DNA of 64,000 bases from Vulcanimicrobiota bacterium (lineage in GTDB: Bacteria; Vulcanimicrobiota; Vulcanimicrobiia; Vulcanimicrobiales; Vulcanimicrobiaceae). The first letter of the stretch is position 1; each line of letters opens with the position of its first letter. The stretch spans positions 544,001 through 608,000 of the forward strand of contig CAWCIZ010000003.1 in the NCBI GenBank assembly GCA_963795855.1, written 5' to 3'. The position numbers were made by a program, and so were the translations under genes. The notes below the pieces were generated by a model that did not search any database, was not told the DNA's origin, and saw only the letters and a program-made list of their open reading frames with translations. Positions 19,704-31,596 of the stretch are shown one piece after another.

Positions 19704-20255
19704 TTACAGCGACAAAACGGCGTCGTACGCTGACGTCACTTCGAAACAGGTGTGTGCGCGCTCGTCGAATACGTTGAATCGCTCGATCGGCCGCGCGTAA
19801 ACGTGCAGCGTGACCGTTTCGCAATCGCGAGCCAAGCACCGGTGCAGATGCACGTCGTCCTGGCGGTAATCGATTGAACCCGGCGGTAATTCCTCACGGC
19901 CTTCCAAACCGATTGCGGCGTAACCGGGCTGCAGGCCCGCGTCGGTGCGCAAGTAATTCTCGACCGCCATCGTACCGCGCGCAACGGTCAGCCAGCAGAG
20001 CGCTCCGCCATGGTCGTGAATGGCGCTGACGCAGTTCGGACGCCAGTGCAGCGCGAGAATTTCGAACAGATCGCTTTTGAACAGCAGCGTGCGCGTATAG
20101 TCGCGATCGGCATGGCGGGCTTGGGGCGCCGGAATTTCTGCGGCCGCCTCGCTTGATGCGCGCAGCCACCGAACCACTTCGCTGTTCGTGCCTTCGCCGG
20201 CTCGAACGCGCCGCAAGGATTCCGCTAAGTGAGTGATAGGCTCTCGAGCGATCAT
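19704..20255 (-). CDS. Cysteine dioxygenase-family cupin
   Basis: YTRTLL, SAIHDHGG, HLHR and TLHVY motifs. Confidence 0.82.
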   Translation of the reverse strand: MIAREPITHLAESLRRVRAGEGTNSEVVRWLRASSEAAAEIPAPQARHADRDYTRTLLFKSDLFEILALHWRPNCVSAIHDHGGALCWLTVARGTMAVENYLRTDAGLQPGYAAIGLEGREELPPGSIDYRQDDVHLHRCLARDCETVTLHVYARPIERFNVFDERAHTCFEVTSAYDAVLSL

Positions 20256-21238
20256 TTTGTGGCTGGCTTCGCCTCCGGATAGCGTTCTCCCATCGGCGCG
20301 GGCAGTGCGTCAAGCGCAGCCAGATCGCTGCTGCTCAAACGTATGTTTGCGGCGCCGATGTTCTCGCGCAAATGCTCTACGTGGGTCGTTCCCGGAATCG
20401 GCACGACGTTCTCATGCCGTTGCAGCAGCCACGCGAGTGCGACTTGCCCCGCGGTGGCGTTCGACTGGGACGCGATGCGTTCGATTTCCGCGACGATCGC
20501 GCGGTTGTGGTCGAACGTCTCACGCTGATAGCGCGGCAGCGTCGAGCGGAAGTCTTCTTTGCCGATATTCTCGCGGCGCAGGCGTCCGGTGAGCATGCCG
20601 CGGCCGAGCGGCGAATACGCAAGCAGCGCGATACCGCGCGCCTTGCACCACGGAAGTATTGCGGCTTCGATATTGCGTTCGAAGAGCGAGTATTCCGATT
20701 GCAGCGTTGCGATCGGATGTACGCGAGTTGCGCGCTCCAGCGTCGGAACGTCGACTTCCGAAAGGCCGATGGCGCGTACTTTTCCGGCTTTCACCAGTTC
20801 CGCCATAGCGCCGACGCTCTCTTCGATCGCTACGTTCGGATCGACGCGGTGGAGTTGATACAGGTCGATGACGTCGATCCGCAGCCGTGTCAGGGATGCC
20901 TCGCAGGCGTCGCGGATGTGCTGCGGCGTGCCGTTTCGTCCAAAATTGTACTGCGCGCGATCGCCTTCGACGACAATGCCGCACTTGGTTGCGATGACGA
21001 CGCCCTCGCGGCGATCGGCCAGCGCTTTGCCGACGAGTTGCTCGTTCGTGAACGGACCGTACATGTCGGCCGTGTCGAAAAGCGTAACGCCCAGTTCCAC
21101 CGCGGCGTGAAGAACGTCGATGCCGGCTCGATCGTCGGGCTGCGACATCGCCGATCCGTATGCCCACGTCAAACCCATGCAGCCGTAACCGATTTCCGAG
21201 ACGGCGATACCGGATGATCCCAGGGCACGATCTTTCAC
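20252..21238 (-). CDS. Aldo/keto reductase
   Basis: GYGCMG, FDTADMYG, IDLYQLHR, YSPLGRG, PIPGT. Confidence 0.93.
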   Translation of the reverse strand: MKDRALGSSGIAVSEIGYGCMGLTWAYGSAMSQPDDRAGIDVLHAAVELGVTLFDTADMYGPFTNEQLVGKALADRREGVVIATKCGIVVEGDRAQYNFGRNGTPQHIRDACEASLTRLRIDVIDLYQLHRVDPNVAIEESVGAMAELVKAGKVRAIGLSEVDVPTLERATRVHPIATLQSEYSLFERNIEAAILPWCKARGIALLAYSPLGRGMLTGRLRRENIGKEDFRSTLPRYQRETFDHNRAIVAEIERIASQSNATAGQVALAWLLQRHENVVPIPGTTHVEHLRENIGAANIRLSSSDLAALDALPAPMGERYPEAKPATK

Positions 21239-22695
21239 TATGCCATTCCTCTATAGCGGCTTGCGAGCACGCCGAATGCGCGGATTTGTTCCCTTTCCCA
21301 CGCCGAGTCCCGTCCCAACTCCCCGGCAAGTGCTGCGGCGACTGCGGGCGCTTGGTCGCGCGCGGCTTTCGCGTCCAGAAACAACGCGCGCGTCCGTCTT
21401 GCCAGCACGTCCTCGACCGTGCGCGCCATTTCCTCGCGTGCGGCGAACGTCACGCGTTCCTGCAGCGACACGAGCAGCGGCATTTCATAACAGTGCAGCC
21501 GCAGCCGTTCCGTCGGACACGGCACCGAGGGCAAGCGAGCTTGCGCAGCCGCGCTATCGATCGCGTCCTGCGCCATCTTGCGATACGTCGTCCACTTTCC
21601 GCCCGTAACGGAAACCAGGCCGGTTGCGGAGACGACGATTGCGTGCTCGCGCGATAAGCGCGCCGTGCGCGCGCCGCTGCGTTTCACGAGCGGCCGCAAT
21701 CCCGCCCATGCGGAGAGCACGTCGCTTTCGAAAATCCGCGGACGCACGTACTTGTTGAGCGTAGCGAGGATGTACGAGACTTCCGCATCGCTTGCACGCG
21801 GTTCGATTTCGGGCGAGTCCACCGGCACTTCCGTCGTTCCAACCAGCGTACGGTCGTTCCACGGAATCGCAAAAAGCACGCGCCCGTCGCTGGTACGCGG
21901 GACGAGCAACGCGCTGCGCGCTTGCCCTAAAGCGGAAGAGGGCAGCACGACGTGCGAGCCGCGGCTGAACGTGAGCAGCGGCTGCGCCCGCGGATCGTCG
22001 ATCCGCCGTACGGCGTCGACGAAAATCCCCGTCGCATTTACGACGGAGCGGGCAGAGATCGTGAAGCGATCGCCGGTCTCCGAATCGACGGCAACTGCGC
22101 CGCACAATCGGCGGTCCTGTGCGACGAACGCGTCTGCGCGAACGTAGTTCGCGATCGCGGCGCCCAAATCGTGCGCCGTCTGCGCGAGCGCCAGCGCCAA
22201 ACGCGCGTCATCGAACTGCGCGTCGGTATACATAACCCCAGCGCGCATGCGACGCGTGTCGAGTGAAGGGATGTGTATGCTCGCCGTGCGAGGCGAGAGT
22301 ATACGGCTGCGCGTGAAGCCGTCACCGGCGGCTAACGCGTCATAGGCTTTCAAGCCGGCTGAGAAATAGGCAAGATCGAAAAACCCGAACGCCGGAACGA
22401 TGAAGGGCAACTCGTGCACCAGTTCCGGAGCGTTCGCGTGCAGACGCGCGCGTTCCAAAAGCGCCTCGCGAACCAAGCCGATGTTGCCCTGCCGAAGATA
22501 GCGCACGCCGCCGTGCACCAATTTCGTGGATCGGCTCGACGTAGCTTTCGCGAAATCGATCGCTTCCACGAGTGCGGTGCGATAGCCGCGCGCCGCCGCG
22601 TCCACCGCAGCGCCTAAACCTGTCGCTCCGCCGCCGACGATCAGCACGTCGAACTCCTCGGCGCGCAATCGTTCTATCGCGCGTTCGCGGTTCAT
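21238..22695 (-). CDS. glpD: FAD-dependent glycerol-3-phosphate dehydrogenase
   Basis: GGGATG, TSSRSTKLVHGGVRYL, GGKWTTYRKMA. Confidence 0.93.
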   Translation of the reverse strand: MNRERAIERLRAEEFDVLIVGGGATGLGAAVDAAARGYRTALVEAIDFAKATSSRSTKLVHGGVRYLRQGNIGLVREALLERARLHANAPELVHELPFIVPAFGFFDLAYFSAGLKAYDALAAGDGFTRSRILSPRTASIHIPSLDTRRMRAGVMYTDAQFDDARLALALAQTAHDLGAAIANYVRADAFVAQDRRLCGAVAVDSETGDRFTISARSVVNATGIFVDAVRRIDDPRAQPLLTFSRGSHVVLPSSALGQARSALLVPRTSDGRVLFAIPWNDRTLVGTTEVPVDSPEIEPRASDAEVSYILATLNKYVRPRIFESDVLSAWAGLRPLVKRSGARTARLSREHAIVVSATGLVSVTGGKWTTYRKMAQDAIDSAAAQARLPSVPCPTERLRLHCYEMPLLVSLQERVTFAAREEMARTVEDVLARRTRALFLDAKAARDQAPAVAAALAGELGRDSAWEREQIRAFGVLASRYRGMA

Positions 22696-24201
22696 CCGCG
22701 AGCCCAGTCACGCGAACGCTCGACGGCGGCGTGCCACGCTCGCAGCAGGCGATCGCGCTGAGGCGCGTCCATGCGCGAAGTGAAGCGCGCGTCTTCGCGC
22801 CAGTGCTCGGCAAGGCTGTCCACACCGCTCCAAAAGCCCGTTTGAAGCCCGGCCAGATATGCAGCGCCGAGCGCCGTCGTCTCGATGACGGCAGGCCTCA
22901 CGACGGGCACGTCCAGGATATCGGCTTGAAATTGCATCGCGAGCGAGTTTGCGCGACCCGCCGCCGTCGACACGCAATTCGCGCAGAGGCACGCCCGAGT
23001 CGCGTTCCATTGCGCGGATGACGTCCGCGGATTGAAACGCCATTGCTTCAAGCGCCGCACGCGCGATATGTGCGCGCGTCGTTCCTCGCGTCATGCCGAC
23101 GAGTGTGCCGCGAGCATACGGATCCCAATACGGCGCTCCCAGCCCGGCGAACGCGGGAACGAAATAGACGCCGCCATTGTCCGGGACCTGGCGTGCGAGG
23201 GCTTCAACCTGCTCTGAACTTTCGAACAGCTGCAGGCCGTCGCGCAGCCATTGCACCGCCGCGCCGGTGACGAACACCGATCCCTCCAGCGCATACGTAA
23301 CCGCATTCGGGTCGAACATGAACGCGGGAGTCGTCAGCAACCCTTCGTGACTCGCTACCGCGCGCTTTCCGGTATTCAGCATGAGAAACGATCCGGTCCC
23401 ATACGTGTTTTTTGCAACGCCCGCGTCGAAACCGGCCTGCCCCAGAAGCGCCGCTTGCTGATCGCCCGCAACGCCCGCGATAGGAATCGACGCGCCGAAG
23501 CGGTCGGTCGTTCCGAACGCCGCGGTGCACGGCAAGACTTCCGGCAAGACTGAAGGCGGAATACGGAATGCTTCGAGCAGCTCGTCGCTCCATCGCAGGC
23601 CGTGGATGTCGAACAGCATCGTTCGAGAAGCGTTGGTTGCGTCGGTGACGTGCCGTGTTCCGTTCGTCAGTTTCCAAATCAGCCAGCTATCGACGGTTCC
23701 GAATGCGAGTTCGCCGCGCGAAGCGCGCTCACGCGCGCCGCCGACGTTGTCGAGCAGCCACGCCAATTTCGTTGCGGAGAAATACGGATCGAGAAGCAGT
23801 CCCGTGAGTTCGGTAACGCGCGAGCCGAACCCGCGTTCGCGCAGTCTTTCGCAATAGCCGGCAGTCCGGCGATCCTGCCAGACGATCGCGTTGTACAGGG
23901 GTGCGCCGGTGAGGCGATCCCACAGCAGCGTGGTCTCGCGTTGATTCGTGATGCCGAGTGCCGCAACGTCGGCTGCGCCGGCATTCGCGCGTTGCAGCGC
24001 CTCTACCGCAGTCGCATATTGCGAGGTCCAGATTTCTTCGGGATCGTGTTCGACGCGATCGGGAGCGGGGAAGTGCTGGGTAATTTCGCGTTGCGCAAAC
24101 GACAATACGTTTGCACCTGCATCAAACACTAACGCGCGCGAGCTCGTCGTTCCTTGGTCGAGCGCGAGAATGACGCGGTTAGCGGACGAAGATGCCTTCA
24201 C
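22692..24201 (-). CDS. glpK: Glycerol kinase (frameshift near 22955)
   Basis: [35 protein letters not shown]-terminal MQFQADIL...ETTALGAA in a second frame. Confidence 0.95.
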
Positions 24202-25216
24202 CGCTCCGTACTTCCCCGATCTCGGCGCAAAGCGCCTGAGCGCCGCGCAGTTCCGTCTGAAATGCGGCGAGGTTTTCGGGAGGTAAACTGACCAGCAGAC
24301 CGCCGGAGGTCTGAGCGTCGGATAATGCCGTTCGAAGCGCATCGGGAACCGATGCATCGAAAGACGTAAATTCGGCGTGATTGGCTATGTTGTCGCGCGT
24401 GCCGCCGGGCACGACGTCCAAATCGATGAATTCAAGCACGCGCTCGAGAAGCGGGACCGCCCGCGCGCTGATGTGCAGCGAAACTTTGGAGGCGCGCGCC
24501 ATTTCGTTTGCGTGGCCGAGCAATCCGAAGCCCGTGACGTCGGTCGCGGCATTCGACCGAGCAGCCTGCATTGCGGCGCCGGCGCGATCGTTGAGCGTAC
24601 ACATCCAGGAAATCGCGTCCTGCATATCCGCTTCGGAAAGAAGGCCGCGCTTCATCGCAGTCGAGAGAATGCCCGTCCCGATCGGCTTGGTAAGAACGAG
24701 GATGTCGCCGGGGCGGGCATTCCCGTTCGTAACGATGCGCGCCGGGTCGATGGTTCCAATGACCGCTAGACCATACTTGGGCTCGGTATCTTTTATTGTA
24801 TGCCCACCGAGAATCGCGACGCCGGCTTGCTGTGCGATAACGGCGCCGCCTTCGAGAATGCGCGCGAGAATTTCGGCGTCGAGCGTTTCGATGGGGAAGG
24901 TCGCGATGTTCAGTGCGCTGATCGGCGTGCCGCCCATGGCGTACACGTCGGACAGCGCGTTTGCCGCGGCGATGCGCCCGAAGTCATACGGATCGTCGAC
25001 GATGGGCGTGAAGAAGTCGACGGTTTGGACGATCGCCAAATCATCGCGCAGTTTGTAGACGCCCGCGTCGTCGGCGGTTCCGTACCCGACCAGAACGTTC
25101 GCGTTTGCGGTAGGCGGTATGCGGCGCAGGACCTGCGCCAGCTCGGCCGAGCCGAGTTTACTCGCTCAACCCGCGCAAGAGGAAAGTTCGGTCAGCCTGA
25201 CTTGCTTGGTCTTCAC
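24179..25216 (-). CDS. selD: Selenide, water dikinase; selenoprotein with in-frame UGA at 25168-25166
   Basis: [18 protein letters not shown], in frame with [35 protein letters not shown] and QTSGGLL. Confidence 0.95.
25123..25139 (-). promoter_or_regulatory. Putative bacterial SECIS hairpin
   Basis: GGCGCAG-GTC-CTGCGCC starting 26 nt 3' of the UGA; resembles the GCAGGUCUGC apical region of the E. coli fdhF SECIS. Confidence 0.65.
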
Positions 25217-25352
25217 CTCCGCTACGTTGCACACGCTCTTTGCGGCGCCCTCGGGGAAAGTTTGCGTTGCTAACACGGTCGAGGCGCCTTGCATTTTGGG
25301 GGCCCCGCCGAAGGCGGGGGGCGCGGAGCGTAGAGCGAAGCGCCCTTTAAAC

Positions 25353-26580
25353 ATGAAAAAGAACTTGCTGTTCATCCCCGGACCCGTCACCGTGCCGGAG
25401 CAGGTGCTTGCGGCCATGAGCAAACCGCTCATCGATCACCGCGGGCCGCAGTTCGCCGCGCTCATGAAGCGTATCGATGAGGGCCTGCAGCCGATTTTCG
25501 GAACGCGGGAGGCGGATGTGCTGCTGCTCGGCTCATCCGGCACCGGCGGCCTCGAGGCGGCGATCGCCAGCACATTCTCACCCGGAGACACCGTCTTAGC
25601 GGCGCCGGTCGGCGTGTTCGGACGCCGCCTCATCGCGATCGCCCAGACGTACGGCGTGAACGTGGACGTACTCGAGACGGATCTTGGCTATGCTCTCGAC
25701 TGCGATGCGCTCGCGGACAAACTCACAGCCGATCGGCAGCGCCGGTATAAGGGCGTTCTGCTGACGCAGAACGAGACGTCCACCGGCGTACAAAACGATA
25801 TGGCGAAAATTGCGCCGATCGTGCGCGCGCACGGCGCAATCAGCATCGTCGACTCGGTGAGTGGAATGGGCGCCACTGAGTTTTTGATGGACGAGTGGGG
25901 ATACGACGTCGTCGTGAGCGCGTCGCAAAAAGTCTTCGCGGCGCCGCCGGGAGTTGGCGATGGTAGCGGTGAGTCCGCGCGCGTGGACGACGATACAAGC
26001 CGGTAAAACGCCGCGATTCTATTTCGATCTCGTCAAAGCGCGAGAATTCGCCCGCCAGGGGCAGACGCCGTGGACGCCGCCCGTCTCGGTGCTCTTCGCG
26101 CTCGATGCAGCGCTGCAGCAATATCATGCGGAAGGCGCAGCAAACGTGTTCCATCGACACGAGATGTACGCGCAAGCAATTCGTGCCGCGTTCAATGCGT
26201 TGGGTTTGGGTGTATTTTCGCAGCCCGGCGCGCATTCGGTGACGGTCGTGGCGGGAAACGTTCCGCGCGGAGTGGACGCGGCAACGCTGCTGCGGAAGTT
26301 GCGCGAGGAGCGCGGCGTCTCGTTGTCAGGCGGCCAACTCGAACTCAAAGGAAAAATCATCCGCATGGGCACGATGGGCGACGTGTCGCAAACCGACGTG
26401 CTGGGCGCGCTCGGCGCTCTCGAAATGGCGCTGCTGGAGTACGACGTTCCGGTGCACGTCGGTGCGGGCGTTCAGGCGGCGCTGCGCGTATTTTTGGATC
26501 TGGACGGCGGCGCTAGACCCGATGGCGCGCAAACACCGGCTGCACCAGCGGACGCAGAAACGACGGCAGCGTCGCGATAA
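25353..26580 (+). CDS. Class V PLP aminotransferase (serine-pyruvate/alanine-glyoxylate type; frameshift near 25953)
   Basis: LFIPGP, HRGP, SSGTGGLE, NETSTG, SASQK, IRMGTMG. Confidence 0.9.
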
Positions 26581-27047
26581 TCGCGTCGTCGACGCCTGGT
26601 CGGGTATTGTGAGCATGCGCAACGAGCGCCGAGCGATGCAGATCTGCGCGGATATCGCGTGAGAGCGGAAAGAACAACGCGATGTAGAGCAGAATCCACA
26701 CGGCCACGACGGCTTTCAGTAAACCGATCGCGCCGCCGGCCATCGCGTTGCCCAAACCGAGAACGGGCAGTTTCGCGACGACATTGAGCACGCGCGCCAG
26801 CAGCATCACGGCAGATGTACGTGATGACGCCGACGGCAAACATGCCGACGACATGCGCCGAGCCTGGCCCCAAATGGGCCCACTGCTCGCAGCGGCTCGT
26901 CAAATACGCCGCCGTAAAACCACGGCGTGATGAGCGAGAGCATCAGCGCGATCGCGCCCGAAATTTCCATCACGAAACCGCGCTTGAATCCTTTGAGCGC
27001 GCGATTAAGAGGATTGCGCCGATCAAAATATCGGGCCACGCCGGCAT
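26513..27047 (-). CDS. CvpA-family membrane protein (frameshifted)
   Basis: KGFKRGFVMEI and GAIGLLKA motifs in different frames; follows pheT. Confidence 0.65.
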
Positions 27048-27055
27048 CACAAGCC

Positions 27056-29440
27056 TTACGTTCTCAGCGTCGACGCCGAGCTCGTCGCAGCGCGCTGAGC
27101 GCGCGTCGCGATTGCATGCGTCGGCCTCTTCGTCGGTGATCGTTGCGTCGCGTTTTTGCAGCGTGACGCGAACCGCCAAACTTTTCTTGTCTGATGCGAT
27201 TTGCGCGCCGCGGTATTCATCGAACGCTCGTACGCCCGTGCAAAGTGCGCCGATGCTCTTCGCGATGTGCGTCTCCACGCTGGCGGCGGGCATTTCGAGA
27301 TCGCACAGCAAGGCCAAGATCGCTGTATGTTGACGGATATTTCGACGGCGGACGGTAGAGCGGCCGGCGATACTCGGGAACGCGTTCGAGATAGATTCCG
27401 CAGCCGTACACCGGGAGACGCACGTCGAACGCCGTGGTGACGCGCGGATCGTTCGGACCCATGAACGCAATCTTCGCGCCCGTCGAGCAAAGATGGCAGC
27501 GGTTTTGCCGGGATGCAGACCGTTACGCGCGTCCGCGGTGTACTCGAAGTCTCGTCTGCCGGTGAGCGCGTGCAAGAGAGCTTCGGCGTCGCCTTTCAGC
27601 CGCAGGAAATGCGAGTCGCGCCAATCGGGTTCGTCGAGCGGCTCCGCCGCGAATCCGAACGCCGCCATCGGCAGTTCGAGCGGTTCGCCGTTTTCTTCGT
27701 AAAACACATGGCCGATTTCGAAGATGCGTGCCGGCGCGTCGAGACGTGCGAAATACTGCAGATGCGCGGGGCCGAGCGCGAAGCGCAAATAGCGCTGATC
27801 TTCGGAAAGCGGATTGAGCACTTCCACGGGTGGGAACGTCGGCGCGATCCCGGCCCGCGCGAGGCGCTCGAATACTTGCGCGCCGTGCAGCGCAGTACGT
27901 AACGATCTCGTGATAACCGAGCGCGCATCAGCGTATGAGCGATGCGCGTGCTCCAATTCGAAGTCGGTGCTGCGAATCTGATGTGCGCGGCAGCGCGGGA
28001 ATTGCGGGCTCGATACGATCGTATCCGGCCATTCGCGCGACTTCTTCGACGACGTCCGCCGCGATCGAAACGTCTCGCCGCCACGCCGGAGGCGTGACGA
28101 TCAGCGTGTGCGCATCTGTCGGTTCGATCGCAAAGCCAAGGCGATCGAGCAGTTCGCGCGATTTCTTCCGCAGGCAGATCGAAGCCCAGCAATCGTTTGA
28201 CGTCGCGAAGCGCGAAATTCGATGCGGTTCGGTTCGTCGACCGTACGCCCTCTAGATGGAGCGGCCCGGCAGCGGCGCCTTGCGCGACAAGCAGCTCCGC
28301 GGCGCGTCGTGCGCCGGCAATCGCGATCGCGGTGGCAAGCGACTTTTTCGTGGCGGCTGCTGGCCTCGGTGCGGAAGCCGTGACGGCGCGCTCATCCGGC
28401 GAACGCGCGAACCGGTGAAGATCGCCGCTTCGAGCAGAATGCTCGTCGTCGTCTCGGTGACTTCGCTCGGTGCGCCGCCCATCAAACCTGCGAAGCCTTC
28501 GGCTCCGCGTTCGCTCGCAATGACCAAATCTTTCGTCGCTGAGATCGTGCTCTGCGCCGTCGAGGGTGACGAGCTGCTCGCCCGTCGCGGCCGTCGCGCA
28601 CGATCAGATGTCTCGTTCGGAATCTTCGCGCGTCGTAAAAATGCAGCGGGCTGCCCGGTCTCGAGCATGACGTAATTCGAAATGTCGACGAAATTGTTGA
28701 TGGGGCGCTGTCCCGCAAGCGCGAGGCGAATCGCGCATCCACGCCGGCGATGCGCCGACGCGCACATCCGTGAACTCGCTGCAGTGACGAAGAGCCTGCA
28801 ATCCGGCGACTCGATCGTCACGCCGGCATCGCTCGCGTGCGTTACGGCGCACGTCGCCGCGAGCGCCGGCAGCCGCAGCGCAATGCCTTGATACGCGGCG
28901 AGTTCGCGCGCGAGGCCGACCATGCGACATGGCGTCGACGCGATTGCTGGTGACGTCGACGTCCAGAACGGCTTCGCTAAGCCGAAAATATTCGACGACG
29001 TCCGTTCCGAGCGCCACGTCGGGTTCGAGCTGCATGATCCCGTCTTCGAACCACTCCGCGGGCAGCGCCAACTCGTCCGCGGAGATCATCATGCCTTCGG
29101 ACTCGACGCCGCGCATTTTGCGCCGTTCGATCTTGCAAATGCGGCAGCTGCGCGCCGATCGTCGCGACGCGGAATCGTTTGACCGGCGCGACGTTCGTCG
29201 CCGCGGTCGCGATCGTCAGCAGCGCTCCGTTGCCGACATCGATTTTGCCGACTTGCAGGCGATCGGCGTTCGGATGTTTTTCCAGCTGCTTCGATGCGTC
29301 CGACGACGACGCCGGTGATGACGCGGCCGCTCTTCGATCGCGTCGACCGGAAAGCCGATCTGCGCGAGCATGTCCGCGACTTTGTGCGGATCGGCCGGCA
29401 GGTCGACGTAGTCGCGAAGCCAGCCTAAGGGTACGCGCAT
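27056..29440 (-). CDS. pheT: Phenylalanine-tRNA ligase beta subunit (many frameshifts)
   Basis: Fragments MRVPLGWLRDYV, MRGVESEGM, INNFVDISNYVMLETGQP, NPLSEDQ, LHPGKTA, FDEYRGAQI..KKSLAVR. Confidence 0.9.
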
Positions 29441-29444
29441 ACCG

Positions 29445-30515
29445 TTACTTCAGGCTTTCATAGCGCAAGATACAAAGAAAGTCGGGATCGTTTTCGTAAA
29501 AGCGGCGGATGTCGTCGACGTCGTACCGCACGAGCGCCATGCGCTCGACGCCGAAACCGAACGCCCAGCCCGAATAACGTCCGGATCGTAATCCATCGTT
29601 GCGCAGAACGTTCGGATGCACCATGCCCGAACCGCCGAGTTCGATCCATCCCGAACCGCCGCACATGCGGCATTGCGCCTCGCATGCGCCGTCGCCGCGG
29701 CAAAGCGGACACGTGGTGTCGACTTCCGCGCTCGGTTCGGTGAACGGAAAGAACGACGGGCGGAAACGCACCTGCTGATCGTGTCCGAACAGACTCGCGG
29801 CACATGCCGGTGAGCATCCCTTTGAGATGTCCGAAGTGCACGTCCTCGTCGACGAGCAGTCCTTCGATTTGCGTGAATTGAAACAGATGGCGCGCGTCGA
29901 CGGCATCGCGGCGGTAACAGCTACCGGGGACGACGACGGCGACCGGCGGCCGGTGCTGCTGCATCGTGCGAATTTGCATGGGCGACGTGTGCGGACGCAG
30001 CAACAGCGTCCCCGTCAAGAAAGAACGAGTCGAATCCTTCGCGCGCGGGATGATCCGGCGGGATGTTGAGCGCGTCGAAGTTGTAATACTCCGGCTCGAT
30101 CTCCGGGCCGAGCACGACTGCGAAACCGTGCTGTTGAAAGTAGCGGCACGCGATCTTCGATGACGCGGCGCACCGGGTGAATCGATCCCATCGTGCGGCG
30201 CGATCGCCGGAAACGTCACGTCGATGCGCGCGGCGAGCTGCGATTCGAAAGCGCGCAGCTTCGAGCGCTTGCTGCGCGCGCGCGAGCGCGCTTTCCATCG
30301 CCTCGACTGCCTCATTGATAATTTGCCGGCGTCGGGCCGCTCGCCGGCCGGCAGTTGGCCGATTCCGCGGCGCAGAGCAGTGATTTCGCCGCTGCGCCCG
30401 AGGAACGCGACACGCACCGCTTCGAGCGTTTTTTGGTCGGTTGCGCGCGGAAAGCGCGTCGTCGAAAGCGGGCGCGCAGTTCGGCAAGTTGGTCGTAGAT
30501 GAAAAAAAGAAACAT
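29445..30515 (-). CDS. pheS: Phenylalanine-tRNA ligase alpha subunit (many frameshifts; start uncertain)
   Basis: [59 protein letters not shown]. Confidence 0.92.
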
Positions 30516-30544
30516 AAAGCGCCCGGTGGTATTCCGGGCGCTTT
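30516..30544 (-). terminator. Terminator-like hairpin immediately 5' of pheS
   Basis: AAAGCGCCCGG-AATACCA-CCGGGCGCTTT followed on the minus strand by ATGTTTCTTTTTTT. Confidence 0.7.
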
Positions 30545-30568
30545 TCGACATTCTTCTTCGAGGCGGTG

Positions 30569-30673
30569 TCAGGTCGCTGGAGCCGATCCGGGATGCAGGT
30601 GCCGGTATATCAAATAGGCGCTGATCGATCCGGTGTCTTTGAAGAGTTTCCAGAAGAATTCGGAGGTCGCCAT
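30569..30673 (-). CDS. YqzL-like small protein (34 aa), not in ORF track
   Basis: AAGGAG RBS; MATSEFFWKLFKDTGSISAYLIYRHLHPGSAPAT matches the YqzL-type pattern W..F..TG.I..YL.Y; TG-TATACT promoter upstream near 30735-30743. Confidence 0.75.
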   Translation of the reverse strand: MATSEFFWKLFKDTGSISAYLIYRHLHPGSAPAT

Positions 30674-30822
30674 TGGGTCCGCGTGTCTCCTTCTCTATGA
30701 CGTTTGGCTCCGCACGCCCGTGCGAATGGATGCAGTATAGCACGCGACTTTTCCACAGGGTAGACTTGACTTTTTCGACTCAATTCACTGCCTTGACAAT
30801 TCGATAATAAAGGGTTTTCCGC

Positions 30823-31596
30823 TCAGCAATGCGGCCGCTTGGTTGCTTCATAAAGAGCAATAGCACCGGCCGTTGCCGCGTTCAAACTCTCGGCTTGGCC
30901 GCGCATGCGAATCGATCCCAAGCGCGTGCACAGCGGCTCCCAGCGGCCCAGACCGCGGCGCTCGTTACCGACGACGACTGCGCCGGCTGGGTCCCACGGA
31001 ATGGCGTCGAGCGGCTCGCCCAACGCGCTCAACCCGGTTACTTCGCGGCCCGCGAGCAACGGCGCGATGCCGGTTGGATCGGCGACTGCGATCGGAAGTC
31101 GAAACAGTGCGCCCATCGCCGCGCGCACGACTTTGGGCAAATGCGGCTCCGCGCCCAGCGAACCTGCGATGACCCCGCACGCGCCGAAAGCTTCCGCGGT
31201 ACGCAGCAGCGCGCCGACGTTACCGGGATCGCCAATGTCGGCCAAGATCAGCGTCACGCCGCGTTGCGCCACAATGTCGCCAGCGGCGGAAAAGCGAATC
31301 GGCGCGACGGCGACGATGCCGCTTGGCGTTTCGACGTCGGATATGCGACGCATCGCGCGTTCGTCGACGATGTAAACCGGAATGCCGTCGCGCTCCAACC
31401 GCGCCGCGAGCGGCGTCGCCTCGAACGCATTTTTCACTGCATAGATCGATTCGATCTGCAAGCCCGCATCGACCGCTTCTTGCGAGAAGCGTCGCGCCCT
31501 CGAACGAAAAGCGCGCTTGCCGTTTGCGGCCTTTTTTGGTCAAAGCTCGCGCGCGGATTCGATGCGCGGATTATGCGCGCCGAGTAACGTAGGCAC
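30823..31596 (-). CDS. TrmH/SpoU-family RNA methyltransferase (5' frameshifts)
   Basis: DPGNVGALLRTA, VVRAAMG, VGNERRG, ESLNAATA. Confidence 0.88.

Noticed and set aside
30749..30757. DnaA box-like TTTTCCACA
   Set aside because: Single copy with no cluster or dnaA nearby; not an origin.
30500..30780. T-box riboswitch before pheS
   Set aside because: No GGTGGNACC T-box motif on the coding strand; the region is explained by a small ORF and a terminator.
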